The notes under the pieces were generated by a model that was given only the letters and a program-made list of their open reading frames with translations, searched no databases and was not told the origin of the DNA. A stretch of DNA of 33,970 nt from Octopus sinensis (taxonomy: Eukaryota): the NCBI RefSeq assembly GCF_006345805.1, contig NW_021831905.1, positions 1 through 33,970 of the forward strand. The letters are read 5' to 3'. The position numbers and the translations under genes were made by a program. This document shows positions 1 through 11,009 of the stretch, in pieces (the stretch's first letter is position 1; every line of letters starts with the position of its first letter).

Positions 1-99
1 GTTTTTTCCAACTTGACAATTTGATGTTGGTGTAACATATCTGGCGGAGTAACAGTTGTGGCCGGTGACATTTTATATATTCAAATTTTTAAACTTGAA

Positions 100-600
100 A
101 AACTCGCTGACCAGCCAAGTGTTTTTGCATCAATTTGACAGTTTCTAAGATTTTCTACCAATACGGAGTGACAGACACTGTGTAAACCATTCGACACATC
201 GAAACAGATGATAGTGGTCGATAAGCAGAATTCTGTGCTTTGGATACTAAAGAATTCAGTCGATAGATGTAGTTAGCACAGAACCGCCCCGGACGAAAAC
301 TCCACTGATTGTGAAAAAGTCAGTGATTCTTTTCTATATTCAATACTAGCCTGTTATAAATGATTTTCTTCGTTTTCTTTAAAGTAGAACAAATTAGGCT
401 TATATGCCTATAGCTTAAGACCTTTTCTTTATGTTTCTTAGGTTTTCGAACCATTCAAAATTCATTTTTTTCATGATTTGTAAACGTATATTTTCTACAG
501 GCTGGAATTGAAAAGATTTATAAGCAAAAACACCAAACAATTCGGCGCATTTTTAAAACAGACCATTTGAATCTTGTCATACTCCGGGGCCGCTAAACGC
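100..600 (-). mobile_element. Degenerate APE-type LINE (CR1/L2/Jockey-like) reverse transcriptase fragment
   Basis: Minus-strand translation with stops and frameshifts: APEYDKIQMVCFK..NLFNSSL, SYRHISLICSTLKKTKKIIYNRLVLNIEKNH*LFHNQWSFRPGRFC, then TIICFDVSNGLHSVCHSVLVENLRNCQIDAKTLGW. These match the N-terminal RT motifs (PGxDxI, YRPISL, QxGFRPGRS, DFSKAFDxVxH). About 365-590 is similar to 13520-13720. Confidence 0.8.
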
Positions 601-635
601 AAATTTCATTTAGTTCAAGCAAAAGTGATAAAAGA

Positions 636-930
636 TTAATCAAAGGGAGGGCTAGCAGCCTGGCGGATTGCCAAACTGTTCCCCCTAATGACGGCGATCG
701 AGAACCGTTGAAGAAGCCAGTCTACCTCGCGAGGATCGCGAGTGCGCATAGAGATTTTGACCCCGAGCTTGCGGAGGAATTTTTCCGTCTTTGGACCAAG
801 AGCACCCGACGTCTCCACCGCTATCGGCACCACGAAAAACTCATCCGAAGGGCAGAATATTTAAATAGCTTTAAATATTCAGCCTTCTTAGCAGCAGATT
901 TAGTTTCCAGACACAAGAAAAGGAGTATTT
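636..930 (-). mobile_element. CRE-clade non-LTR retrotransposon, 3' restriction-like endonuclease (RLE) fragment
   Basis: SAAKKAEYLKLFKYSAL/SDEFFVVPIAVETSGALGP...DPREVDWLLQRFSIAVIRGNSLAI (one frameshift near 845). The AExxKxxKY, PxAVETxG and QRxSxAxxRGN motifs are typical of the CRE RLE C-terminus. Confidence 0.8.
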
Positions 931-3719
931 CCTCGAATTCGAACAGCCAGCCGCCCCACAGGTCATTTCTCGTGGCTAAGGTGGACTGAATTATCGAGTG
1001 CGTATTTATACTTGTATATCTTCTCTGCCGGTTCGTAGTTCTCGAAGTAACTTATTAAAGTTCCCGATTTCGTGAAGAGAGTGGAAATCATCCTGACTTG
1101 TTCTGAAACGGCGGATTTCAATTTCTTTTTCCGTCCAACCTGCTTTTTGAGGACTTTCTCTACAATTTTTTTTTGCTGCTTTGTTCTCCTTTGCTTTTCA
1201 TATTCCCTTCTCCTGTTTATTGACTATAACCATATACGGAGACAGAGTTTACTGACTTTCTTCTCCCACGTTTCCTTATTTTTAATTTAAACAACAGGAA
1301 ATTTGTATTATTATATATTTATAATTAAATGGCGAGTACTTCCTCCACATGGATTCACCCCTTTTGAACTTCTGGATTAACAAAATTATATTTACATCGA
1401 ATTTCGAGTTTTATAGGTAAATACAATTAACCCGAGTATTTTATAGTCACACGAAAATATGCTCAGTTTGCGCACAAGTGTTTATCTTTGGATTTATAAT
1501 TTGCAAACTCCTCTTAGGTCTTTAGCTACCAAAGAATTCGAATCTGTGTTTATAGTGCATTATATCTTAAAGTTGCCAAGTTTTCCTCAGATAATCCTTT
1601 CTAAATTTAATTTAAGTGTCTTATTGGGTAGCTTACTCAATTTATGTAAATTACAAACCAAGAGAGCACAATTCTTTTATCAAGCTTAGTTGTATTTTAG
1701 AAACATCAAAAAACGGGCATAAAGTATCAGCGGATTGGAGCTTCTCTGTAATCGCGATACTGTGATCAAGTCAAGCACGGGCGTGCGGGAACGTCCCTTT
1801 TACGTTCATTAAGGACTTTATCAAACAATCTTCCAAAATTTCATCACCGGGCTCAAGATTGTTATTAATTGAGATAACTAGGCTAGATTTTCAAAAAGTT
1901 CAAGAACTATTCGAATATAGAAGGGCATGGCTTGCACCTGTTTGCCCCCATGCTAATTTTCTCTTTATTAGACTCTTCGACTTTATTTACTATAAAAGGG
2001 GATTCGAGTTATTTACTAAAGAAGTGCCTATACGGATGCACAAAGTTTTCGACTATGATGTTCTCAAGTCATGTGGAGAAAGTACTCGCCAATGTACTAG
2101 CCAAGGATCTGTGAAATATTCTGAAAGTGATTTAAAAAGTGCCCGTTTCCACTCACAGTCTGTATCAATAAAATATACGAAGTAATCTCCGTAACTGTAG
2201 AATATGCGTCTTGAAAATTTGCCATTTTCTCTCTCAGAATTGAACGTATAACTTTTTCGGACACTTTCTCTGGTATTGTTTAAAACTCAGTTACAACATG
2301 CTAGCCCAAACCGTGGTGAAAAAATACTCGATTGTGAAATATTGGGTCACTGCCCAACTGGGTCCCCAGATGGCTGGACAAGGGGTTGGGGGGACGAAAG
2401 GAGTCGGGTCAGCTACGTTTTGGTTGTCTCACGAGGCCTTTTCGAAGGCCAACAAAACCTATTATTCATAAATTTTAATTGATTAAATTTTAATGTTTTA
2501 TTTTTACTATTATTTTATTTTTTTACAAAAAAATCTGGCCATGTGCCCACAAAAACGTGTCTATGGCAAGACGGAAGTGCTATTAACCTACTAACTAAAT
2601 ATTTACTAGAATAATAAAATTTTTACTAAGCGAGATAGGAAAAGTAGAGAAAAGGTGAGATGCTAGGTAAGGTAGAAGAGTAGTCGAGAGTCCAAGGATC
2701 AGCTCAACTACGTCGGACTGCGGTTTCCGCGGTTAATAAAAAATGGTGGTCGATGTCCGGAACAAGTATCTACTGAACTAGATTTTATTAAAATGTTTTC
2801 ATTCCATTCTATAAAAAAGTTTTAGATCTAATTAAATTTGGGTTATTGTCAAATCAGCTGGCTTATTTACTTGTTGCAGGAATTATTTGCAGCGGTCGAA
2901 AAACCCTTTTTTGTAGAAATCTCCGCTCGCCTATTAGCCATGCACTTTTTTGAAATTTTTTTAATGTTTATTGAATACAACTTTTATGAAGTCTCTCATT
3001 CTTGATTAAGAGTATCCGGACGATTGGTTTTCATAAGCACTTTCATATTTCCACGTTGAGAAAATCATATCCAACTGGATAATAAGCTCAAATCATTAGC
3101 ATTTGTAATATTGTAGTTTCGGGAAATGAATTCTACGATAGAGATCATGTGTGTGTTTTTGAATTAACGACTTACATAATTCTTCAGGCAGTAATTGGCT
3201 TAATGTTTCAAGTCATGATAAAATAGAAAAAGAATTTGCTTAGATTTGTGGCTAACGAACTTGAACCTTCTTTCGGTCGCAATTGAATATGCTTCTCCGT
3301 AAGGATTCTGTGAACATTAATATCACTTTATTTAAATTTTTCAGGTTTGATATCAAATTTAGCCCAGATATCAGTATTCGTTAGCGAGCTTCATAAAAAA
3401 TGCAATTTATAAGAGGAGATGATTTGCTACATAGACTAAGTGAGCATATCCTATCCCCAATGTTACTTTCAGATATTTTCCATACAAAATTTGACTTGAA
3501 GGATCAAATAACAAAGATTTGTGGCAACAGAAAGTTTCCTTGCAAAATTTCTCTTTTGATTTTCACTTCTAATAACTTAGAAACCAAAATTAAATCTTAT
3601 TTTCCATTTCTTTATCAGGCTCTGAATAAAACAGCCAAGGTAACAAATAGTCTAAAAAGTTGTTATTAACAGAATCGAAAACTTACTTCACATCAATCTA
3701 TGTTTTTGCCATCTTTTTG

Positions 3720-4260
3720 GTTGATATATTGATTGATTAATGACACACTGATACACTGGTAATACACCTATTTTTCGGCTCCATGACACATTTTTTGTAT
3801 ACTAAATTGATTGGCAGTAATCATGAGCTGCTGCCAATGTAAAGTCGTCCTATCCTATACAACCTATGTAAATACAAACACGCGATCAACAGCCACCAAT
3901 TTTGCAAGGATAAAGACATACAGTCTCCATAAGGTCTGTGAATAATGTAAATGAAATGCCTCCGGGGTAATTGTTGGTGTATGAATATATACTAGACAGT
4001 TGGCAAGAATAGGTCTCCAGAAAAAGAAGAGCCATCTCACTCCCTTTGCAATGCCAATGGATTTGATTAGCACAATCTGGAGCAGTTTAACTAGACTAAT
4101 ATCACATCCAAACTATTATGTGCTTATGTCACCGAAATGGCATATCCGAAAACTTAGCTAGCGCGAATTTGAGGCAGACAACTATTCCAAATCACGTGTA
4201 ATTTTCCACTCTGTCCATTCTTAACAATGAGATATGCCAGCACAAGTAATAAGTCATGTG
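3720..4260 (-). pseudogene. Possible decayed thrombospondin type-1-like Cys/Trp-rich coding sequence
   Basis: Stop-riddled frames LITCAGISHC*EWTEW...SFRICHFGDIST**FGC and ETVCLYPCKIGGC*S resemble TSP1 WxxW/RxC/CxxC patterns. A GT-AG intron-like junction lies near 3650-3685. Weak. Confidence 0.25.
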
Positions 4261-4621
4261 TTTTTCTCTTAAAAACAACCGTTTTATAGTTTATTTTAAA
4301 TCTTGCGTTGTTTGGCCTAAATGTTAGATCAGAGGCGTTAATATTTCTCAGCAATTGCTAATAAACCAGTAGATGCAGTTTATCAAATCATTTAAAGAGA
4401 AACACTTTTCCTGCGATTTTTTGAAATTAGATAATATACACGTCGAATTTCCAAATCAATATTTTCAAAATCTTTTGTTTCATTATTGACTAATTCAATA
4501 TATTAATTGGAAAGGGATAAATCATATTTGTTTATGCCTTTAAAAATATTCGAAAATTGATTTTTCTATGCACCACACTCCTTTTTCTTTACATTTCCTA
4601 CAATAGTCTTTAAAATTGCAT

Positions 4622-5440
4622 GTTTCAGAGCTATTCTTGAGGCCAACAGCGTTAAAAGCGCAAGCTTTAGTGTTAATGCACCAAACATTAGTGCTAATTT
4701 TCGCATATAAGCAAGAATTAACGGTTTTCGGAAAATTCTATGTTAGAGTGAGAGCTATATATGGACAAAAAATCTTTTTCAACCAAAAAACTGATTGTTG
4801 AACATTCAATTAATGAAAAATCTAACAAAGAAATAAGTGACTATATAAATATGTCTCAATCCTTCATAAGCCGAATACTTTGTCAATGGAGTAAATCCAG
4901 AGATATTGAGAGCAATATTTTTCCAAATTGAATGATTTATACAAGCAATAAATTTTTAATGCGTCGATGATAATCCATTATTCACACTATCAAAACTAAA
5001 AGACATGCTGTTTTCAGAATATCGGATAAATATCAGTCCGAGTACTATTAACAGATGTCTTAAAGACTTTCACTACACAGTGAAACAAATTGTGAAAATA
5101 CCAGTGAGGCAAAATGTAATGCTACCATTAAACTTGAAAAAAATATGCGAGTAATTTTCGACGCTTACAAATTGAAATCGAAGATAAGAACATCATTTTT
5201 CTGGATAAAGTAGGATTTTCAGTTTGTATGCGTGCGAAAAAAAGAGAGCCAGGTCCATTATTTATAATAGATAATTCTCGATACACCATTATAAAGAATT
5301 ACTGAAGTCATTCCAAATTTTAATATTAAAATTTACTACAATACTTTCCTTTATAAATCCCATAGAGAGTATATTCTTTGTATGGAAGCGTCTTGTAATT
5401 TCTGCAGCGAAATAGAGTTACAATACCCCATAGAAACGTT
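4622..5440 (+). mobile_element. Tc1/IS630-like DNA transposon, left end plus decayed transposase
   Basis: ATG 4761: MDKKSFSTKKLIVEHSINEKSNKEISDYINMSQSFISRIL (HTH); VDDNPLFTLSKLKDMLFSEYRINISPSTINRCLKDFHYTVK; NIIFLDKVGFSVCMR (first D region); IDNSRY and FINPIESIFFVWKRLV (C-terminal catalytic region). Internally deleted. 4622-4693 is an imperfect inverted repeat of 8761-8840. Confidence 0.8.
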
Positions 5441-6143
5441 CTCCAGTTTTGTGAGTCGTCAGAAAAAACGTGTATTGAAACTAGCGAGAGAAATCAAACC
5501 AAATATCATGCGTTCTGTGTTCACGGCAAAGATTTTTTCAGTTATATTTCAGTCTTGTGGTTTTTCATTATGTTTAACATTCGACTTTATTAGTGTCATT
5601 CTTAACCAGAACATTATTCTCAAACAAAATAAAATAAACATCATCTATCACACCATCATAAAAATAACACAAATAGTCAGTATAACCAATTCATAAAACG
5701 AAGATTTACTTTAAGTCTACAATCCTTTGCAATGGTATGTGCTTCGTATTTGTGTTAACCTCGCTCTCTCTTGTCTTTAATACCGGCCTTCAATATAATT
5801 TATTGTCATATCCGGGTTCGATTCCCCATTAAAACATTTTTTAAATAACAGTTTGAAACGATTAGCCTAAACACCAACTCAAATGCTGACCAAATGAACG
5901 CTCTGGGTCACATAAAAGAATAATCTAAAACATGCTACAATCATTTTAGATAATTTTAGGGAAGCAAAAATAATTTGCGTTTTCAAGAATGGTGGCTTGT
6001 CCGTAAGAATTAGCATTTTCTAACTTTTTAAGAAAAATGATTTTCTCATAAAGTTGGATTTATTTGATATTTTAATAAAAATAATATATAAATTCATTTT
6101 TAAAAACCATTTAAATAATAATAAAATATTGTCAATTTACAAA

Positions 6144-6960
6144 ATGCTCGGATTTTATCTTATTGCTCTAATTTTAATAAATAATTTAACTGCAAATAAT
6201 TTAAGCCAAATTGGAGAGTTTTTTATGAATATTAATTTGTGTTAGTTTTAACTGTGACTGCTATTATTCATTATTCGAACGGGGTGATAATCCACGAACT
6301 ATAAAAATACTGAATTCCCCACCAAAATGGAATTCCGAGTTTGAATTTAGAGATGCAGCAATCTTGTACTGAAAAGTTTTATATTAATAATAGTCAGTGT
6401 CAATCCAGTTCATTTTACGAAATATGGGCACATTCTTTTGACAATTTGCCTAAATTGCTTGAAATGTACATCTAAACACTTATAATCATTAGCGATCTGA
6501 AATATTGTGATAATTTGAATTTTATTGACGTCGATGCTTTCTCAGATCTCACCCTTTTAAAAACAATGTAATAATCATTTTTAATTTTAAAGAATAATGC
6601 CACAGAACTCCATTTTTAAACAACCTAATTTTAAGACCAAGACATCTATTCGGTATTTTAGTCAATCATTGTTTAGCATGTCTTCATCGAACAAGATATG
6701 CATATACAATGGCGAGTTGGAAGAGTATACAATGTATTCAGAGACTTTCTTATATAGGGTTACAATGAAGGATTCTTATCTATATTTTGATACTACAGAT
6801 GTTATACTGAGAAGTAAATGGCGTTCAATAAAAACTCTTACATTGTCTGAAACATATTGTATGTCTTACTTAATTATCAATAGCCTGCGATAAATGCGAC
6901 CTCATGGAGCCATATAATATTCTATGCATAACTGGATATGTGGAAATTGATGATTCATGA
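6144..6960 (+). CDS. Signal-peptide leucine-rich-repeat protein resembling a glycoprotein-hormone-receptor (LGR) ectodomain
   Basis: Exons 6144-6217, 6246-6365, 6394-6465, 6493-6567, 6593-6652, 6677-6733, 6758-6858, 6884-6960 joined by GT-AG introns of 24-28 nt give an open frame: MLGFYLIALILINNLTAN...EIWAHSFDNLPKLLEI/DLKYCDNLNFIDVDAFSDLTLLKTI/IMPQNSIFKQPNF...CDKCDLMEPYNILCITGY. 72- and 75-nt phase-2 exons each hold one LRR. Resembles the FSHR segment [26 protein letters not shown]. Intron 6734-6757 is in-frame and may be retained. Confidence 0.75.
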
Positions 6961-7869
6961 CCGATTCTACGTTAACTTTAATTTTATTTTCCTTTTTTGG
7001 TCTTAATTAATTTCAACTATTACTTGCTATTTTAGCAGTGTTGGTTTTACCAGACAAATTAAATTCTGTAAAAATTTTATAAAAGTCTCTCGAAGTCTAA
7101 AAAGTATCATCGAACATAAAATTTATTATTTTGAATAGAATTAAGCTGCATTCTTAAATACATTTTTTGGACAATTCATTAGATGCTTTACTTTCTTTTA
7201 GAAAAGTATTACATTCAATTTTTCACAAAAATTGAAAAATAAAAATCCAAATAAAATTAGTTTTCAATTAATGTCTATTACTGCCTTGATTAATTTATAA
7301 AAATGCTAAAAAAAGTTTCTATAAAGTTTTTTGGTCAATTATGTCAACTTTTTAGATTTTTAAACAAATTTTTTAAGTCATTTCAATTTTTTAAACAAAA
7401 TGGTTAGGATAAAGTTTTTAATCTCAAGTTTGACTCAATAGGCACACTCGGCAAAGCTTTCTCCGTTGTTATATTTGTAAACCGCGACTTTTGGCGTTCT
7501 CTCGGCGGGATCATTCTAAACTTATTTTCTGTATAAATACTCTCCAGTGTTTTTCGGATAATCACTGACTGATTGTAGGTTTGTGTGGGTCCTTCGATCA
7601 AACTTAGTTGCGGATTCCTGACATTCAACTTTGCCACAGATTTTGAAATAAAGAACTTTTCGTAAAAAATCCAGATGATCATAGGTCATCTGCGTTACTT
7701 GATCGATAATTACCCGTAACGAGAACAGATTCTTACGCTTCAGACTGCACATGGACTATGCGGTCTACGTTATTGGTGGTTTCTCTCTTGTTATCTTTTG
7801 TAGAAACGTTTTACTCTACGAGCTTTCGATCGTCGAATTTAACTACAATCTTCTTCGACAGTACTTTTT

Positions 7870-8400
7870 ATTGATGTGGCTGTCCAAAGTTGTAAAGCAA
7901 TCCAACAAACGAATGAGTGTCGAATGTTTAATACGAAGATTAGTCTTTATACCGGTTGAAAGAATGGGGGATCCAAGAATCCGGAGATCGTTGATATCAG
8001 TCGTCTGTACTTGACCAAGGCTAGTGCGGAAGGACGATAGTAGATGGCCAAAGCGTTCATTAACAAGTTTAAGGCTAACTAATTTAGATTTTGCACAGTG
8101 AGAGCTAAGAGGTACAAAATATGAAAATTGTTGTTGTAAACTTGAAGGAAGTGGTTGCGACGGATGTAGCCGAAGGCGTTTTTTATATCGAGTTTGAGGA
8201 GTCCTCTTTCAGAGCAAGAAGCAGCTGAAGCACTGGTTATATAATATCTTGAGGCATGAGCAACAGCCTCACATCCGTTCCTAACAGAAACTCCAAGTTG
8301 AACAGGCTCGAAAAATGGCTCAAGATCAGAATAGACAAGCCTGCAAACAATCTTAGCAGATACCGTCCTAATGTAATGCCAACAGCGATGGGGCAAACTC
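7870..8400 (-). mobile_element. CRE-clade retrotransposon RT fragment (internally deleted)
   Basis: PVQLGVSVRNGCEAVAHASR...LLKLDIKNAFGYIRR, then DLRILGSPIL...LDSH. These are CRE RT motifs. No YxDD region lies between them. Confidence 0.8.
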
Positions 8401-8559
8401 ATCCATCGGTTTTCCTTAAGCCAGTGAAGTTGGCAAAGAAGAATAAGTCACGCGTAAACGGGATAATGTTGCCAAAAAACGATTGCAAAGAGTATTGATT
8501 GCCTTTAGTTGCTGAATTCTTGTTTGGTGGAGTGGAATCAACTATGCATGAATTTTTGT

Positions 8560-8845
8560 CATTTTTCTTTAATACCGAGGTCTATGAAGCACATGGCTTC
8601 AACAGCGAAATAGAGTTGAAAAATGTTATATGTGAAAAGATGAATGAAATAACGATCGAACATTATGACTCTTTTCATCGAAAAATGCTCAAATATGTTT
8701 CCTTTGCCAAACAGAAAGTAAAAAATTAATGAATAAAATTTCGATTTTTTAAACCTTCGACACTAATGCTGGTTGCATTAACACTTTGCTTGATGTGTCA
8801 ACACTAATGCTTGCACTTTCGATGTTAAAGCTCTGAAAACACTAT
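8560..8845 (+). mobile_element. Tc1/IS630-like transposon, transposase C-terminus and right end
   Basis: VYEAHGFNSEIELKNVICEKMNEITIEHYDSFHRKMLKYV* followed by 8761-8845, whose reverse complement (TAGTGTTTTCAGAGCT..AAAGTGCAAGCATTAGTGTT..AATGCAACCAGCATTAGTG) matches 4622-4693. TA flank outside the end. Confidence 0.6.
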
Positions 8846-9421
8846 ATAACTTAGAAAAACCGCTGTAAAGACTACGAATCTTCTTGCAATATTCCATTAT
8901 TTCGTTTTATGATTCAAATCCTCTCCGTACTAAACTGTGACTTTCTCAACTGAATTTTGACACTTCCTTCTTGTTCTCAGCTGATTTTCAAAAAATAAAA
9001 TTGAATGATTCTAGATAATTAGTAAGCTCATAATTAATACAAATTGTGAACAATTAAAGCTTATTGGTCTCTAGGAGTGATATAAATAATCTTTTAGAAT
9101 ATTCAAAAGATATGGAAATATAATTATGGCCGTTTGATTAACTAATTGAACCAATTTCTTAATGACAAAGACACTTGAATATGTCCAAAGTACAATTTAA
9201 AAGTGCATTTGGACCACAAAATGGGATGTTTTGTGGAATAAGTATGAATTATCAGATTAATTTCAAGTTTATAAAAATATTGCCTATAAATTAAACAATT
9301 TAAAATGAAATTGATTATTGACATTTTTCAATATGTAGCTAATTATCTGACCCCGAGTCACTAATTTTATGATCGGCCGTAAATTTTATAGAAATTTTGT
9401 CAAATTGAAGTATAAGTATAT

Positions 9422-9770
9422 ATGAATTAGTTTTCTACTCTGCTTAGTTATATTTTTACAATTACACCTTTACTCTTGTCTTTGCTCATTTCAGAAGCAA
9501 ACAGTAAAAGTAAATTCTATTATCCAAGAGGCAGTGTTTTATTTTATTACCAATGGGCTATCGAGTTTTCGGGGAATAGACCGTCTCGAATATTATAGAA
9601 AGCTCTACCAAGGCTGCTCAAAAATAGAAGGGTCACTTGAACTTACACATCTAATAGTCATATCCAATCAAAGTCTGAAATTTATGACATCAATCTGCGA
9701 ATTTGTGACTGATGACCAAATTTAGAACTAAAAAAGGCGATAATTTTTCAGAAACTTGGATTATAAGAAA
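9422..9770 (+). pseudogene. EGFR/insulin-receptor family receptor L-domain fragment (5' end only)
   Basis: Signal-like exon MN*FSTLLSYIFTITPLLLSLLISEAN, 25-nt intron 9504-9528, then KAVFYFITNGLSS..RLEYYRKLYQGCSKIEGSLELTHL..SLKFMTSICEF, matching the ErbB L1 pattern (YxxCxxxxGxLELT..LxFxxxIxE). A stop at codon 3 and further lesions follow; no downstream domains seen. Confidence 0.65.
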
Positions 9771-10399
9771 TCATTTTTCGTTTTAAAATTTTGCTCCTTT
9801 GCCAGAAATTTGTATGAAAAAATGAAAACAAGCGGTTCATTAAACATGTAGTGACCTGATAAGCTATTCGTCTTATAATATTGTCACTATTAAAAGATTA
9901 ACTTCAAATAGCATAGAAACACGTTTTTTGATCCAAACTAATTCCATGCTAAACAAATATAATAATGAGAGTATTGTTAACAAATAAGAAAAACTAATCA
10001 AAAACTAAAACAAGAACCATATTTAAATCCGAAAAAAATGATTCTTTCATGATTAGTCATTTTTTTGCAATTTCTGAGCAGTCCGTCCATATTATCACAG
10101 AGAGAATGACGTGAACTATTGAATTAAAGTTTACATCCATCTTTTTTCCATTCAGTGAAGTTATTTTATATCAAACCAATATAGTCCGAAAAATTGCAAA
10201 CTAAAATTGCTGTTTAATTTCAAATATCTGCAAAAATGTTTTAACTAAAACTTCTTAAAATTGCCACGTTTAATTGTATTTGGTAGCTTTGTTCACTGTT
10301 GCCTTGATCTGTGTTGTCAGTATACTCACAGCCCCGTTGCAAGGCCATATTAAAATAGCTCCATTATGGAAGTTACATTTCATTTTAAATAGTTTATAA

Positions 10400-10790
10400 G
10401 GTCTGCTTGGAATCGTTATAATGTTTGCGGGAGTGTTTATATCCATTCTAAGTACATGACCAAATAGCCTCCATCTCGATTCGATAATATCAGTACTTAT
10501 TGGAACCGATTGTATCATAGAATACAATTTCTTGTTAAAGACCTTCTAGGCCGAGTAAATTGTGTAATAGTTTTCGATTAAATGTGTCCATTTTCTTGAG
10601 TTCTAACTTAGTGACTCCCCATGTACTCGAGATGTACACAAGTACCAGCATTATATACAAGTTTTATAACCTTATTCGTACTTTTGTTTTGATTAACTTT
10701 GGTAGACTCCATATTTTGTGCATTTTCTTGCACTGGCTAGTATTAATTCCTTTGCGGTTCTTATATGTTCGGTCTTTTCTTCATTAACAT
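10400..10790 (-). mobile_element. RTE-clade LINE 3' coding fragment
   Basis: KIWSLPKLIKTKVRIRL*..LVYISSTWGVTKLELKKMDTFNRKLL..NKKLYSMIQSVPISTDIIESRWRLFGHVLRMD; RWxxFGHVLRM is typical of the RTE post-RT region. Confidence 0.75.
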
Positions 10791-11009
10791 GCAGGGACCA
10801 ATTCTTAAAACAATTTCTGAATGCTTCTCTGACAATCTGTTATTAATTTTGTACTTTAAGTTAAATAGAAAACTTGCAAATTAAAAATACTACATACTTT
10901 TATTATTTTTTTTAGATCAGATTGTCAAAAACATCCATGTGCCTCGATAACTCGATGGCAATGCTGAATCCGAAAATTCAGATTTTCTTGCCATCGTCAT
11001 CATCTAAAT

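Noticed and set aside
855-880. Perfect hairpin GAATATTTAAA-TAGC-TTTAAATATTC
   Set aside because: It lies within CRE coding sequence (EYLKLFKY) and is AT-only, so it is likely chance.
3720-4260. Alternative genetic code (TAA/TAG = Gln) suggested by many TAR codons in Cys-rich frames
   Set aside because: MEMO1 and the LRR genes are open with CAA/CAG for Gln and use TAA/TGA as stops. The apparent TAG in TRPML falls inside an intron. Ordinary decay explains these stops.
5812-5827. tRNA T-arm-like CCGGGTTCGATTCCCC
   Set aside because: No D-arm/A-box, anticodon stem or acceptor stem upstream; at most a SINE or tRNA relic.
9130-9215. PFCGPNALLNCTLDIFKCLC (EGF-like or olfactory-receptor-like) on the minus strand
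   Set aside because: An isolated 20-aa motif with no exon context or flanking homology.
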